From Candidatus Dormiibacterota bacterium (lineage in GTDB: Bacteria; Chloroflexota; Dormibacteria; Aeolococcales; Aeolococcaceae): a stretch of 64,000 nucleotides of DNA. The first letter of the stretch is position 1; each line of letters starts with the position of its first letter. Where the stretch lies: the NCBI GenBank assembly GCA_963718525.1, contig OY970355.1, positions 96,001-160,000 of the forward strand. The letters run 5' to 3'. Shown piece by piece: positions 52,678-61,413 of the stretch. The position numbers and the translations under genes were made by a program. Under the pieces are notes generated by a model, which was given only the letters and a program-made list of their open reading frames with translations, did no database searches and had not been told where the DNA came from.

Positions 52678-53198
52678 CGGCACCGGTGATCCTGCCCAAG
52701 ATCCGCGATCCGCGGTTCATCACAGTGCGTCGCGGCGGGATCCTCCAAGATGACGATCATCGCCTTCTCGCGATATGGGCGGCTGACTGCGCGGAGCATG
52801 TGCTGAAGCACTTCGAGCAGGCACGACCGAAGGACGATCGTCCGCGGCGGGCGATCGTCCTCGGGCGTGCCTGGGCGCGGGGTGAGATCACGTGGCAAGA
52901 GGCCCGCACCGCGGCTGGTCACGCAAACGCCGCGGCCAGGAAGCTGAGTGGTACAGCACGGTATGCCGCGTACGCTGCCGGCCAGGCCGCTGCGGTGGGC
53001 CATGTCGCAGCCCACGAACTCGGAGCCGCGGCGTACGCGATCAGGGCGGCGCGAGCGGCCGCGACTGACGACGACCGCGTCGAGGCAGGCCGTTTGGAGT
53101 GCCAGTGGCAGCGCGCTCGACTCCCCGACGAGATCCGAGAACTTGTGCTTGACGACCAGCGGCTGCGCAACGAGTTGTGCTGGTTTGCCTTCGACTGA
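52674..53198 (+). CDS. Imm-5-like putative immunity protein
   Basis: WAADCAEHVL..FE..P.DDRPR, AGQAAAVGHVAAH. Confidence 0.8.
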   Translation: MTAPVILPKIRDPRFITVRRGGILQDDDHRLLAIWAADCAEHVLKHFEQARPKDDRPRRAIVLGRAWARGEITWQEARTAAGHANAAARKLSGTARYAAYAAGQAAAVGHVAAHELGAAAYAIRAARAAATDDDRVEAGRLECQWQRARLPDEIRELVLDDQRLRNELCWFAFD

Positions 53199-53478
53199 CA
53201 CGGCGTTGGCGGGGCGCGTGTCGCGGGTTTGTGGAGAGAATGCTCGCCTGGGCAGGCGCTTTCTTGTTAGAGGCTCTCGATTCGGGTCGGACCGCATCAC
53301 CGATGCGGACGCCCGCCAGGATCGCGACCGTCTGCAGGTCCGACGGCTAGCGCTCCCAGCACCTCCTGACCTGGGTACAGTAGCGACCACTCGGAGCCTC
53401 GGGCATTGCCAAACCATCCCGCGACAGGGCAGATGACATCAGGCGGAGCCACACCATGGAGCACCATTTCGTATCACC

Positions 53479-54174
53479 GTGTTGATGGCGCTACTGGACG
53501 ACGCAGCATATCGCGCCCGTCGCGGACGATACTCAGACGCTGTAATTCAAGCGCAGGGCGCACGGATAGCTAAGGCCAACTCCCCCAAACTCAAAAAACT
53601 GTTGCCGGCGGATATCCTTTTCTTCCACACAAGGCCGTCTGTCGTAAGTTGGATGGTCATGTATGTCACGGGCAGCATCTGGAGCCATACGGCTATGTAT
53701 GTCGGCGATGAACTCGTGACCGATGCGACCTCTATCGGCGTAAGGAGGCATCCTCTGGCAGATTATTTCAACGGAGAGTCGTCTTTCTCTGCGCGTCGGC
53801 CTCCCTTCTCTGAAGGAGGCGCAGAACGTGCAGTGGATGCCATGAACTCAAAGATCGGCAAGCCCTACGGGTGGACCATGGTGCTACTGATCGGATGGCA
53901 ATCCATTGTAGGTGCGCGGCGAGAATTCGATGGGCGGCATGCGGTCGACGTGCTCTTCTCGCTTGCTGTCTTATCCGTCCCGGCGGCCTTATGGCGACCC
54001 TGGGCTTCCATCACCGGGCTCATCGCAACGTTGTATCTAGTTACGCTTGCCCGAAACCGCGCTGCCTGGCTCGCCGTTCGGAAGGAAACGTCATCCGATT
54101 CCAACTCCCGGCCCGTTCCCGTTGTATTGCCTCGGTATACCCGGCGGTGGAAGCAGCGTGCTCAGCGTGGATAG
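53479..54174 (+). CDS. Permuted papain-like (YiiX/YebB-like) domain with C-terminal TMs (cassette)
   Basis: PADILF, WSHTAMYVG, KIGKPY; catalytic Cys region not evident. Confidence 0.6.
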   Translation: MLMALLDDAAYRARRGRYSDAVIQAQGARIAKANSPKLKKLLPADILFFHTRPSVVSWMVMYVTGSIWSHTAMYVGDELVTDATSIGVRRHPLADYFNGESSFSARRPPFSEGGAERAVDAMNSKIGKPYGWTMVLLIGWQSIVGARREFDGRHAVDVLFSLAVLSVPAALWRPWASITGLIATLYLVTLARNRAAWLAVRKETSSDSNSRPVPVVLPRYTRRWKQRAQRG

Positions 54175-54184
54175 CCTCGGTGAG

Positions 54185-54214
54185 GTCAAAGTACATTTCC
54201 GGATACTTGGCCTG
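54185..54214 (+). repeat. Array site (1-nt insertion)
   Basis: GTCAAAGTACAT-TTCCGG-ATACTTGGCCTG. Confidence 0.85.
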
Positions 54215-54326
54215 GTGCGAGGGGCTCGTCTTCCAGCGGTTCACGAGCGTCGTAAACGTGTCCCACCGAAACCGGTGGTAGGGATGGCCGTGTAGCGTCG
54301 GATAGCAGTCGGATACTCCGCCCGTC

Positions 54327-54719
54327 CTAGCCCCGAGGTGCGAAGAACTCGAGTGCGATGTTGTCGGGGTCTCGAAATGACAATGCCGAGTAGGAAGGTG
54401 CGTCCACGATGCCACCGTTGGGGATGCCGAGCTCGTTCAGGCGGATTTCCCACACTTCTAACTCATCGCGGTTGGTACAGCCGAAAGCCAGATGATCGAG
54501 ACCCGGCCGGCGCTCGTTGAACGGCTGAGTGCTGTTCAAATCAGGGAACTGAGTTAGACCGACGAGTGTGCCGCTCGTAAGCCAAGCGACACGCTGGAAA
54601 GGACCTGTGTCCTCGTCAAGGATCGGGTCCGAGCCGAACAGGGCCTTGTACCAAGGCACACTCCGTTCGAGGCTCGTAACCGTTAGCGCCACGTGAGTAA
54701 TCGCAGGGAACTCTGGCAT
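54327..54719 (-). CDS. VOC/glyoxalase family protein (cassette)
   Basis: ITHVALTV, GLDHLAF, FRDPDNIALE. Confidence 0.92.
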   Translation of the reverse strand: MPEFPAITHVALTVTSLERSVPWYKALFGSDPILDEDTGPFQRVAWLTSGTLVGLTQFPDLNSTQPFNERRPGLDHLAFGCTNRDELEVWEIRLNELGIPNGGIVDAPSYSALSFRDPDNIALEFFAPRG

Positions 54720-54951
54720 GTCTTTTCTGCACCTCGTGAAGGCAGCGAATGCCTCGTCTTTTGGCTGGCAACTCTCTGGGAGTAGAAGCTATCTGGCAGC
54801 ACAAGGCCCCGTCGGTATGGAGCCGACGCATCGCCAACCTCCCCCTTTTGACCTGCCGTCACGGACAGGTCCCCGCTCCGGACGGTAGCAGTTCAGCTCA
54901 GTGCTTTGCGCAGCCGTCCCTGCCACCTATGTGCCGGTCGGGGGCACCTTT

Positions 54952-54980
54952 CTCGGGTGACATTAACGAACCCTGCCATG
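54952..54980 (+). repeat. 29-bp array site (diverged)
   Basis: CTCGGGTGACAT-TAACGA-ACCCTGCCATG. Confidence 0.7.
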
Positions 54981-55046
54981 AGAGAGAGTTGGCTCACTCG
55001 AGGTTCGGGGCATTCGCTGTTCGGGCAGAATGACTGACCTGCAGAT

Positions 55047-55565
55047 ATGGAGCCTGGTACCGGCGACGTCGTGGTGAGGCGGATACGTCCTGAGGATTGG
55101 GCGGTCACGCGATCCCTCCGTTTGCGCGCCCTCGCCGACGCCCCGTATGCCTTCGCCAGAACCTACCAGGAGGAGTCAGTGCGGCCGGATGCTTTCTGGA
55201 TCGATCGGGCGGTCGTCGCATGCACGGGCAAGAGCATCGCCACTTTCCTAGCGTTCGATGGTCACGAGCCAGCCGGAATCACGACGGGAATAGTGGACGA
55301 TGGCGGCCAGCCGCAACTCGTCTCTATGTGGGTCGATCCCGTTTTGCGCGGTCGCCGCCTCGGCGAATCGTTAGTCAACGCGGTAGTTCAGTGGGCGCTC
55401 GACGGTGGGTTCGAGCAACTCTCACTTTGGGTGAGCGAGGACAACGGTCCCGCAATCCGTCTGTACCAACGGGCGGGCTTCCAATCCACCGACCGGACAG
55501 ATGCGCTCCGACCGGGCTCAGAGGTCCGGATCAGGATGTGGGTGCGCCATCTCAACGCCGTCTGA
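55047..55565 (+). CDS. GNAT N-acetyltransferase (cassette)
   Basis: SMWVDPVLRGRRLG, NGPAIRLYQRAGF. Confidence 0.92.
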   Translation: MEPGTGDVVVRRIRPEDWAVTRSLRLRALADAPYAFARTYQEESVRPDAFWIDRAVVACTGKSIATFLAFDGHEPAGITTGIVDDGGQPQLVSMWVDPVLRGRRLGESLVNAVVQWALDGGFEQLSLWVSEDNGPAIRLYQRAGFQSTDRTDALRPGSEVRIRMWVRHLNAV

Positions 55566-55602
55566 TCTTTAGCCCGCCTCCGCCGACCTTCGCCAGCGGT
55601 TG

Positions 55603-55631
55603 CTCTGGCGACATTGGCGGACCCTGGCCTG
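55603..55631 (+). repeat. 29-bp array site
   Basis: CTCTGGCGACAT-TGGCGG-ACCCTGGCCTG. Confidence 0.92.
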
Positions 55632-55730
55632 CGCGAGGTTCATGTTTCTGGTTGCCGTGCTCGTGGGAAACGCGGCCACAGGTCGTCAGTTCCCGAGGCA
55701 TGCTCGGACCGTTGTGGGCCGTCCTGATCG

Positions 55731-56177
55731 ATGGCTGCGAGACTACGCTCCGTGTCCTCCACATGTCGGCCCTACCGGCTCAGCGACGCCGAAGCCCTCC
55801 TGTCGCTCTGGGCTCTTTGCGGGCTCACGCGCCCGTGGAATGATCCGTATCGGGACATCGAGCGCAAGATCGGGGTCGACCCCAACGGCCTTCTAGTGCT
55901 TGAGGATGGCAGTCGATTGGTCGGCGCCGTCATGGTCGGTTATGACGGCCATCGCGGATGGATCAACTACCTGGCGGTACATCCGGATCATCGCCGGTGT
56001 GGGTTGGGCAGTGTCCTTATGGCGGCCGCCGAGCAGCGGCTGGCAGAGCTCGGCTGCCCGAAAGTGAATCTGCAGGTTCGTGCCTCTAACCAGGAAGCGG
56101 TGGCCTTCTATCGCCGCATTGGCTACAGCGTGGATGACGTAGTGAGTATGGGACGACGTCTCGAGAACGACAGCTGA
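55731..56177 (+). CDS. GNAT acetyltransferase, YpeA-like (cassette)
   Basis: LTRPWNDP, GYDGHRGWINYLAV, GCPKVNLQVR. Confidence 0.9.
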   Translation: MAARLRSVSSTCRPYRLSDAEALLSLWALCGLTRPWNDPYRDIERKIGVDPNGLLVLEDGSRLVGAVMVGYDGHRGWINYLAVHPDHRRCGLGSVLMAAAEQRLAELGCPKVNLQVRASNQEAVAFYRRIGYSVDDVVSMGRRLENDS

Positions 56178-56190
56178 GACGGCGCACCGG

Positions 56191-56219
56191 CTCAAGGGAC
56201 ATTCGCAGACCCTGGCGTG
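56191..56219 (+). repeat. 29-bp array site
   Basis: CTCAAGGGACAT-TCGCAG-ACCCTGGCGTG. Confidence 0.92.
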
Positions 56220-56289
56220 AGGGAAAATGGTCGGCTTTCGGCTGCCGGACCCTCCTAGTGCGCGACCGTTAGGTCTGCCTCACCCTACG

Positions 56290-56526
56290 TCAGGCTAAGG
56301 GCTGATAGCCGGTCCATCGGGGTTTTCGACGGAGCCACCCGCGGGTTCGGTTGCTTGGGCGGGTACCCGGCGGAGGTGCCCCGTCAGCCGTTAGAACCTG
56401 AATACACAGGACGACGCACTCATCGCAAATGCAAGCGCCTTGCCCAGTAATCAACTTACCCACATGCTCCTCCGACCTGCCGCAGAAAGAGCACCGGGGC
56501 TGCCCGCGCCGTTCTCCAGGTCCCAT
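56290..56526 (-). CDS. Stand-alone ClpX C4-type zinc finger protein (cassette)
   Basis: CSFCGR...[12 protein letters not shown]. Confidence 0.8.
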   Translation of the reverse strand: MGPGERRGQPRCSFCGRSEEHVGKLITGQGACICDECVVLCIQVLTADGAPPPGTRPSNRTRGWLRRKPRWTGYQPLA

Positions 56527-56619
56527 AACACAACGCTACACCACCGGTCGACCCGTCTCAACCCTACTGATTCGTGTGAGCCAGTCGTGCGCCGCGAAAG
56601 TGCCGCCGGAGCTGCCTGA

Positions 56620-56648
56620 CTCAAGGTGGCTTTGCGGATATTGGCGTG
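56620..56648 (+). repeat. 29-bp array site (diverged core)
   Basis: CTCAAGGTGGCT-TTGCGG-ATATTGGCGTG. Confidence 0.8.
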
Positions 56649-56811
56649 AGGAGCCGCTGCCCCGTTCGGACAACTCACCGCAGCACATGTATGACCCATT
56701 AGCGCACCCCGCTCCGCTGAAGATGGCCTAACCCGCGTCGTCGACCTCCAAGCCGAACTAGCATCGACTTATGAGGTTGACCCTAACGATCAGGTCATCA
56801 ACCATCGCCAG

Positions 56812-57186
56812 GTGCGCCGTGGTGGTGAGCGGGAGCGACGGTCTTGCCCACCGGCCGGAGCCGTCTGGGTTGCGATCCTTGCAGCCGGTGGAGTTGCGGT
56901 GGCGTGTGCGTCCCCTCCGACTGGTTCGGTCACTGGCCTCGCCTGGGCATGCGCTGGAACCGCGCTCACGGCCGGTCAGATGGTCAATGTTGAGGCGTAT
57001 TCCGGCTCGGGGTTCATAGAGAGCGTGACGACGAACGCCAGCCACGTATACACGATGCACCTTCCGCCTGGGAACTACACCATTCGGGTTCCTGCGAACG
57101 CCCCGGAAGGCGTTGTCGATGCGGATCAGGTGACCGTGACAGCCAACCATGCAGTTGCCGCCTATTTCCCCAATTCTTGTAAGTAG
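56812..57186 (+). CDS. Lipoprotein with carboxypeptidase-regulatory-like beta domain (cassette)
   Basis: Lipobox AVAC; GSVTG..AC, LPPGNYTI, terminal Cys. Confidence 0.7.
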   Translation: MRRGGERERRSCPPAGAVWVAILAAGGVAVACASPPTGSVTGLAWACAGTALTAGQMVNVEAYSGSGFIESVTTNASHVYTMHLPPGNYTIRVPANAPEGVVDADQVTVTANHAVAAYFPNSCK

Positions 57187-57226
57187 CGCTGGGCATCGGG
57201 AATATCCATGAATAGTGGGGCGCGTC

Positions 57227-57255
57227 CTCGAGGTACATTCGCGGATGCTCGCATG
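57227..57255 (+). repeat. 29-bp array site
   Basis: CTCGAGGTACAT-TCGCGG-ATGCTCGCATG. Confidence 0.92.
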
Positions 57256-57298
57256 CGCAAGAGCCTTCCGCGTTCGGTGGAAAACAACGCTCCTACGA

Positions 57299-57892
57299 TC
57301 AGGGGCAAGTCCATTGCCCATCAATGCTGAGCGTAGGTGCAGGCACCCCCGGCACGGCAGATGTGCCGGTGGTGGCTTGCAGAGTGGCGCTCAGCGTGCC
57401 CGAGTGACCGTCGCTGCCGGTGATGGTCAGAACACCTGCAACTGACTGCCAGATCGTCTCTGTGCTGTACTCCTCGACCTCAACCTTTGGCACGCCATCC
57501 CTAACGCCCATTCCATGCGGCCACGGCGGCAGGTCGTACTTGCCAGCACCTGCAAAGAAGCCGTCGATTTCGATGTTGAGTCCGAACGTCTGCGTGCTCC
57601 CAGAAAAGCGAAGCAGAACAGCAAGCCCTTGGCTGCTGAGAGTGCAGATTGTCGGCGCATCTGGAGCCGCTGTGGCACATTCGTCGAATCCTCCAACAAC
57701 GTTCAGCTCGTGAGAGCCGCAGTTCGGCGGCGTCGGGGACGCCGTGACAGCAGGGGGATGGCTGGGCGTTGGCGACGCCCCGTGGCTACCGATTCGGCTG
57801 GTTACGAGCCATGACCCGAAGCCGACGACGATGACGACGCCAGCTAGCCAGCCGATGAACCCGGGCTGGTCTCGGTGGTCTGATGTGGCCAT
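57299..57892 (-). CDS. Membrane-anchored hypothetical protein (cassette)
   Basis: N-terminal TM, Pro-rich linker, Cys-containing beta domain; GAGGA RBS. Confidence 0.65.
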   Translation of the reverse strand: MATSDHRDQPGFIGWLAGVVIVVGFGSWLVTSRIGSHGASPTPSHPPAVTASPTPPNCGSHELNVVGGFDECATAAPDAPTICTLSSQGLAVLLRFSGSTQTFGLNIEIDGFFAGAGKYDLPPWPHGMGVRDGVPKVEVEEYSTETIWQSVAGVLTITGSDGHSGTLSATLQATTGTSAVPGVPAPTLSIDGQWTCP

Positions 57893-58014
57893 TTGTTGCT
57901 TCCTCGACGCGACTATACGGGTGCTTTTTCGAGGAAGACGCCGAAGTGCGATGTTGGTCGGTCTTCAGACCGTTCACGTGACACCCGGCGGCTCGTGGCC
58001 AGCACGGAGCGGCT

Positions 58015-58043
58015 TTCCGGGTACATTTGCGGATACTCGCCTG
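58015..58043 (+). repeat. 29-bp array site
   Basis: TTCCGGGTACAT-TTGCGG-ATACTCGCCTG. Confidence 0.92.
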
Positions 58044-58071
58044 CGACACAGTTCTCAGGTTTGAGGCTGGT

Positions 58072-58369
58072 TCAAGCGAGCAAGAGCGCGTCGAGCTGTT
58101 CGGCAACGTCCGCCTTCAGTTGATCGACATCGCTACTTATCTTGCCGCCTAAGCACAACATAAAGACAAGCGCATCAACGACGTCACCCTCTCTGTACAC
58201 GAGGAGACTCACCTCAGAATCTACCCCCTTGAGCCCGCACCACACGCTCCACCCCCCTGGGTTCTGCTCGCAGTCCTGCTTGCAGTAGCCTCGGCGTGTA
58301 CTCCGTTAGGACCTCCTGAACGGCCGTCGGTGCCGCTTCCTCAAGATCTGTCAGGACGCTGTTGTCCAT
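58072..58369 (-). pseudogene. Frameshifted ~100-aa acidic hypothetical protein (cassette)
   Basis: MDNSVLTDLEE... shifts near G-runs into SEVSLLVYREGDVVDALVF...LDALLLA; GGGAGGGA RBS. Confidence 0.5.
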
Positions 58370-58408
58370 CACCGGATCATTGTCCCTCCCTCCCGCTATC
58401 CGCGAGCA

Positions 58409-58437
58409 CTCTGGGAACCTTGGCGGATGCTGGCATG
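58409..58437 (+). repeat. 29-bp array site
   Basis: CTCTGGGAACCT-TGGCGG-ATGCTGGCATG. Confidence 0.88.
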
Positions 58438-58528
58438 CGCCAAGCGGCCCTCCTCTGGCCCAGATCCGCTTCCCCTGACTGCGAATAGGTAGTGTCGCTG
58501 AACTGGGTTGGCCACTAGGATCTGCTGT

Positions 58529-58777
58529 ATGAGCCGTTCCTTCTCCAATGCGCTCTTGGTCGCGTCGGTGCCAGTGGGAATTGGAGTTGGCATTTGGACG
58601 GCCCTGCTCAGGGTCGACGTCTCGGCCCAGGTCTGCGGCCATTTCCTATGTGCTGCCTTTGGAACTCCCTTCGCGCGGTGGCAGTCGGCACTGCTAGGGG
58701 CTGTTGCAGCCGCGGTGGTGGTACTAGCCTCCATCGCCGCATCCCGTCTCGGCAAAACCTCCCTGAGTCAGCACTAG
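58529..58777 (+). CDS. Small two-TM protein with Cys loop (family member 2)
   Basis: VASVPVGIGVGIWTA...CGHFLC...FARWQS. Confidence 0.7.
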   Translation: MSRSFSNALLVASVPVGIGVGIWTALLRVDVSAQVCGHFLCAAFGTPFARWQSALLGAVAAAVVVLASIAASRLGKTSLSQH

Positions 58778-58779
58778 CC

Positions 58780-58808
58780 TGAACGAGACACTGGCGGATG
58801 CTCGCGCG
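58780..58808 (+). repeat. 29-bp array site
   Basis: TGAACGAGACAC-TGGCGG-ATGCTCGCGCG; begins 3 nt after a stop codon. Confidence 0.8.
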
Positions 58809-58930
58809 GCCCAGGCTCTAAGTTGTCGATGCGGGATACGCTCTGCCGATGAGTTCCACCGAATCGGACGACAGATAGGTGGATGCTGTCCTCGCTGCAG
58901 TCATAGAGACTCGGACACAAGGAGCCACCG

Positions 58931-59326
58931 ATGACGCTGCGTAAGCTCAATCCCTCTGCACTGCCGACCCCTACCGGCTATTCACAGGTTGTCGTGGCAG
59001 CCGGCTCCCGAACGGTCTTCATCGCCGGACAGGTGGCGCTCGATCGAGACGGCGGACTTGTCGCACCCGGGGACGTCGTCGGCCAGGCTCGCCAAGCGTT
59101 CGCGAATATGCGAATTGCGATCGAGGCAGCCGGAGCGGCAATCGACGATGTGACCAAGATAACCTGGTACGTGGTCGGCTACCGGCCGGAGTGGCTTCCC
59201 GAGCTGGCGGCCGCCCGCAATGAGGTGCTCGGCGGGCATATGCCAGCGAGCACATTGGTGGGTGTAGGCGCTCTCGCCCAGGACCACTTTCTCGTTGAGG
59301 TCGAAGCGGTAGCTGTGATCGACTAG
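58931..59326 (+). CDS. RidA family protein (cassette)
   Basis: GYSQVV, FIAGQVA, PASTLVGV, VEVEAVA. Confidence 0.92.
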   Translation: MTLRKLNPSALPTPTGYSQVVVAAGSRTVFIAGQVALDRDGGLVAPGDVVGQARQAFANMRIAIEAAGAAIDDVTKITWYVVGYRPEWLPELAAARNEVLGGHMPASTLVGVGALAQDHFLVEVEAVAVID

Positions 59327-59429
59327 ACGAAGAGACGCTGTACTGAAGCGACGTTCGGCCGATGAGGCGCATATGGGGCCCCCGTTGTTCGGTTTGCCCC
59401 GTGCACCGATGTATCTCCCACTGGTACCG

Positions 59430-59458
59430 CTCCAGCGACATTGGCGGATGCTCGCGTG
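59430..59458 (+). repeat. 29-bp array site
   Basis: CTCCAGCGACAT-TGGCGG-ATGCTCGCGTG. Confidence 0.92.
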
Positions 59459-59637
59459 TCCGCCCAACTTCTGCCTGCGGAGGTGAAATGTTGCCCTGCC
59501 AGGCGCGGGTAATAGCCTGACGGCGACAGCAGCGTGCACGCGCCCGATGGGCGAAAATGCGCCCGGGTCCGAGCTACTGAACCTCCGGCGAGGCCGTCCA
59601 GTTTCACTGACGACACCGGGCTGCCCCAGTCCTAGTC

Positions 59638-60129
59638 TCAACTCGCGGTTTCGTTGGTGGCGACTGCCCGAGCGAGCTGCCCGAGATGCTCTTGCTCATG
59701 CGACGCCATGTCGCCGGCGAGTCGCAACATCGACACCTCGCCAAAGTCCGTCTGGACGGAAGACGTCCACTCGTGGTTGGAGAGTCCGAGCAGGAGACCG
59801 ACCAGTTCGCGGCGCCGCAGAGTGAAGGCTCGGACCTGATCAGCCGCCGACAGGCCAGCCCTGGCCAGCAAGTCGCCGTATGTGCGCTCGTCCAGTCCGA
59901 GATGGACACCGTCGGGGCGTATCAGCCAGTTCCAAATCCGAGACGCAACGATCAGATCACTAGCGCGGACGTGCCTGAGGACTTCCAGCGGCGACCAGTC
60001 ATCGGGAGCTGGGCGACGACCGAACTCGGCCTCACCTAAGTGGGAAAGGGCAGCTTCGAATTGCTGGGGGCTTTCCGCCAGGATGGCGATACAGCCCTCG
60101 ACCGCATGCGACTCTGGCTCAGACCTCAC
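59638..60129 (-). CDS. DinB family protein (cassette)
   Basis: PAPDDWSPLEVLRH, HEQEHLGQL. Confidence 0.85.
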   Translation of the reverse strand: MRSEPESHAVEGCIAILAESPQQFEAALSHLGEAEFGRRPAPDDWSPLEVLRHVRASDLIVASRIWNWLIRPDGVHLGLDERTYGDLLARAGLSAADQVRAFTLRRRELVGLLLGLSNHEWTSSVQTDFGEVSMLRLAGDMASHEQEHLGQLARAVATNETAS

Positions 60130-60202
60130 TCGCTGATTCTGTCTGATCTTCTGCTATCAAAGATGGAACGCCGGATACGCCGCGGCCCGAAAACGTACCC
60201 GC

Positions 60203-60231
60203 CTCTGGGGACATTGGTGGATGCTGGCATG
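60203..60231 (+). repeat. 29-bp array site
   Basis: CTCTGGGGACAT-TGGTGG-ATGCTGGCATG. Confidence 0.9.
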
Positions 60232-60381
60232 GGCGAGCGACCCGGAGATTGAACTCCGCCATCGCTGCGATCTTTCGCTGCCGCCACCGGAGACGGGATC
60301 GCGGTCGCGACGCGATAGCGGGGATGCAACACTTCAAGTGGGGCCGCATGGTTACGAGCGCGGCCGAACTAAGCTGGCGGG

Positions 60382-60861
60382 ATGGCCGAAGAGCGACCAG
60401 GTCGGCTGACCGCGCTTCGACGCGGTCTTCACCGCCTAACGCGGGAGCATCCAGCGGCGTGGGCCGGGCTCGGGATCACGTGCCTTGCTGGCCTGGTGAT
60501 CGTGGCAGCCTTCCCCGGCGCCTCTTCGGGTTCAAAACGCGTCAACCCTAAGGTTTCACTCCCGCCGGGTATGGGCGCCGTAGTCGGTGGCATCGAAGCG
60601 TGCTATGACAGCGGTCCTCCACCGGGCGGCTACCCGTGGGTGGCGGGTTCGGTTGCTCTGTATGCCGCGGGGGACCGCGATTTCCTCAAGCCAATCGCAA
60701 TTGGTACCGCAGCACCCAACGCAGATTTCGTCGTGCTGGCTTCGCCTGGTGACTACGAACTCGCGGCCTACGCGGGCCTTTCCAACCCGGCGGTCTCAGT
60801 GACTGTGCGGAGCGGGAACATTACCTTCCAAGATCTTCGCTCGAATGGTGGATGCATCTGA
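60382..60861 (+). CDS. Membrane-anchored protein with carboxypeptidase-regulatory-like domain (cassette)
   Basis: TM; GAVVGGIEAC, SPGDYEL, VTVRSG, terminal Cys. Confidence 0.65.
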   Translation: MAEERPGRLTALRRGLHRLTREHPAAWAGLGITCLAGLVIVAAFPGASSGSKRVNPKVSLPPGMGAVVGGIEACYDSGPPPGGYPWVAGSVALYAAGDRDFLKPIAIGTAAPNADFVVLASPGDYELAAYAGLSNPAVSVTVRSGNITFQDLRSNGGCI

Positions 60862-60869
60862 GTTCGTGG

Positions 60870-60898
60870 CTCAAGGGACATCGGCGGATGCTGGCGTG
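60870..60898 (+). repeat. 29-bp array site
   Basis: CTCAAGGGACAT-CGGCGG-ATGCTGGCGTG. Confidence 0.92.
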
Positions 60899-61044
60899 CG
60901 CTGCGATCATCGTGTTTGGCCTCGATGCTGGTTCCTAAGCGCGGCCTCGTACACGCTTCCGACTGGAATCACCGTTGCTGCTACGGATCGCGTTCAGCCC
61001 CGCGTGGTTCGCGCTGGGGACCAGGCCCGAGCTAGCATCGACCC

Positions 61045-61308
61045 ATGGGCACACTCGCGAACATTCTTCGGGTAGCGTCCGTGCCGGTGGGTGTCTTGAT
61101 TGGTCTGTGGACCGCGCACCTTACAAGCCTTCCGAGCAGCTACCGATGCCCAGTTGACGCTTTCTGCCTCCCCTTGAATTTCTATTTGAGGCCCACCTTC
61201 GCGATGTGGCAATGCGTCTTGTTCGGTGCAGGCGCTGCTGCCGTCTTGCTCCTAATGTCCTTTGCGGTGGCGCGCTTGCCGAGCGCAAGGCCGCTCACCG
61301 CGGCCTGA
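61045..61308 (+). CDS. Small two-TM protein with Cys loop (family member 3)
   Basis: VASVPVGVLIGLWTA...CPVDAFC...FAMWQC. Confidence 0.7.
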   Translation: MGTLANILRVASVPVGVLIGLWTAHLTSLPSSYRCPVDAFCLPLNFYLRPTFAMWQCVLFGAGAAAVLLLMSFAVARLPSARPLTAA

Positions 61309-61413
61309 AGGCGTTATCCGTCGCCTCGTCTCGTCCAAACAGCCCAACTCCGTCTCGTCCAGCCACCTTGAGTGCGTTCATCTCTGCGGCATAGAACGGC
61401 TGGCCGACGTTGG

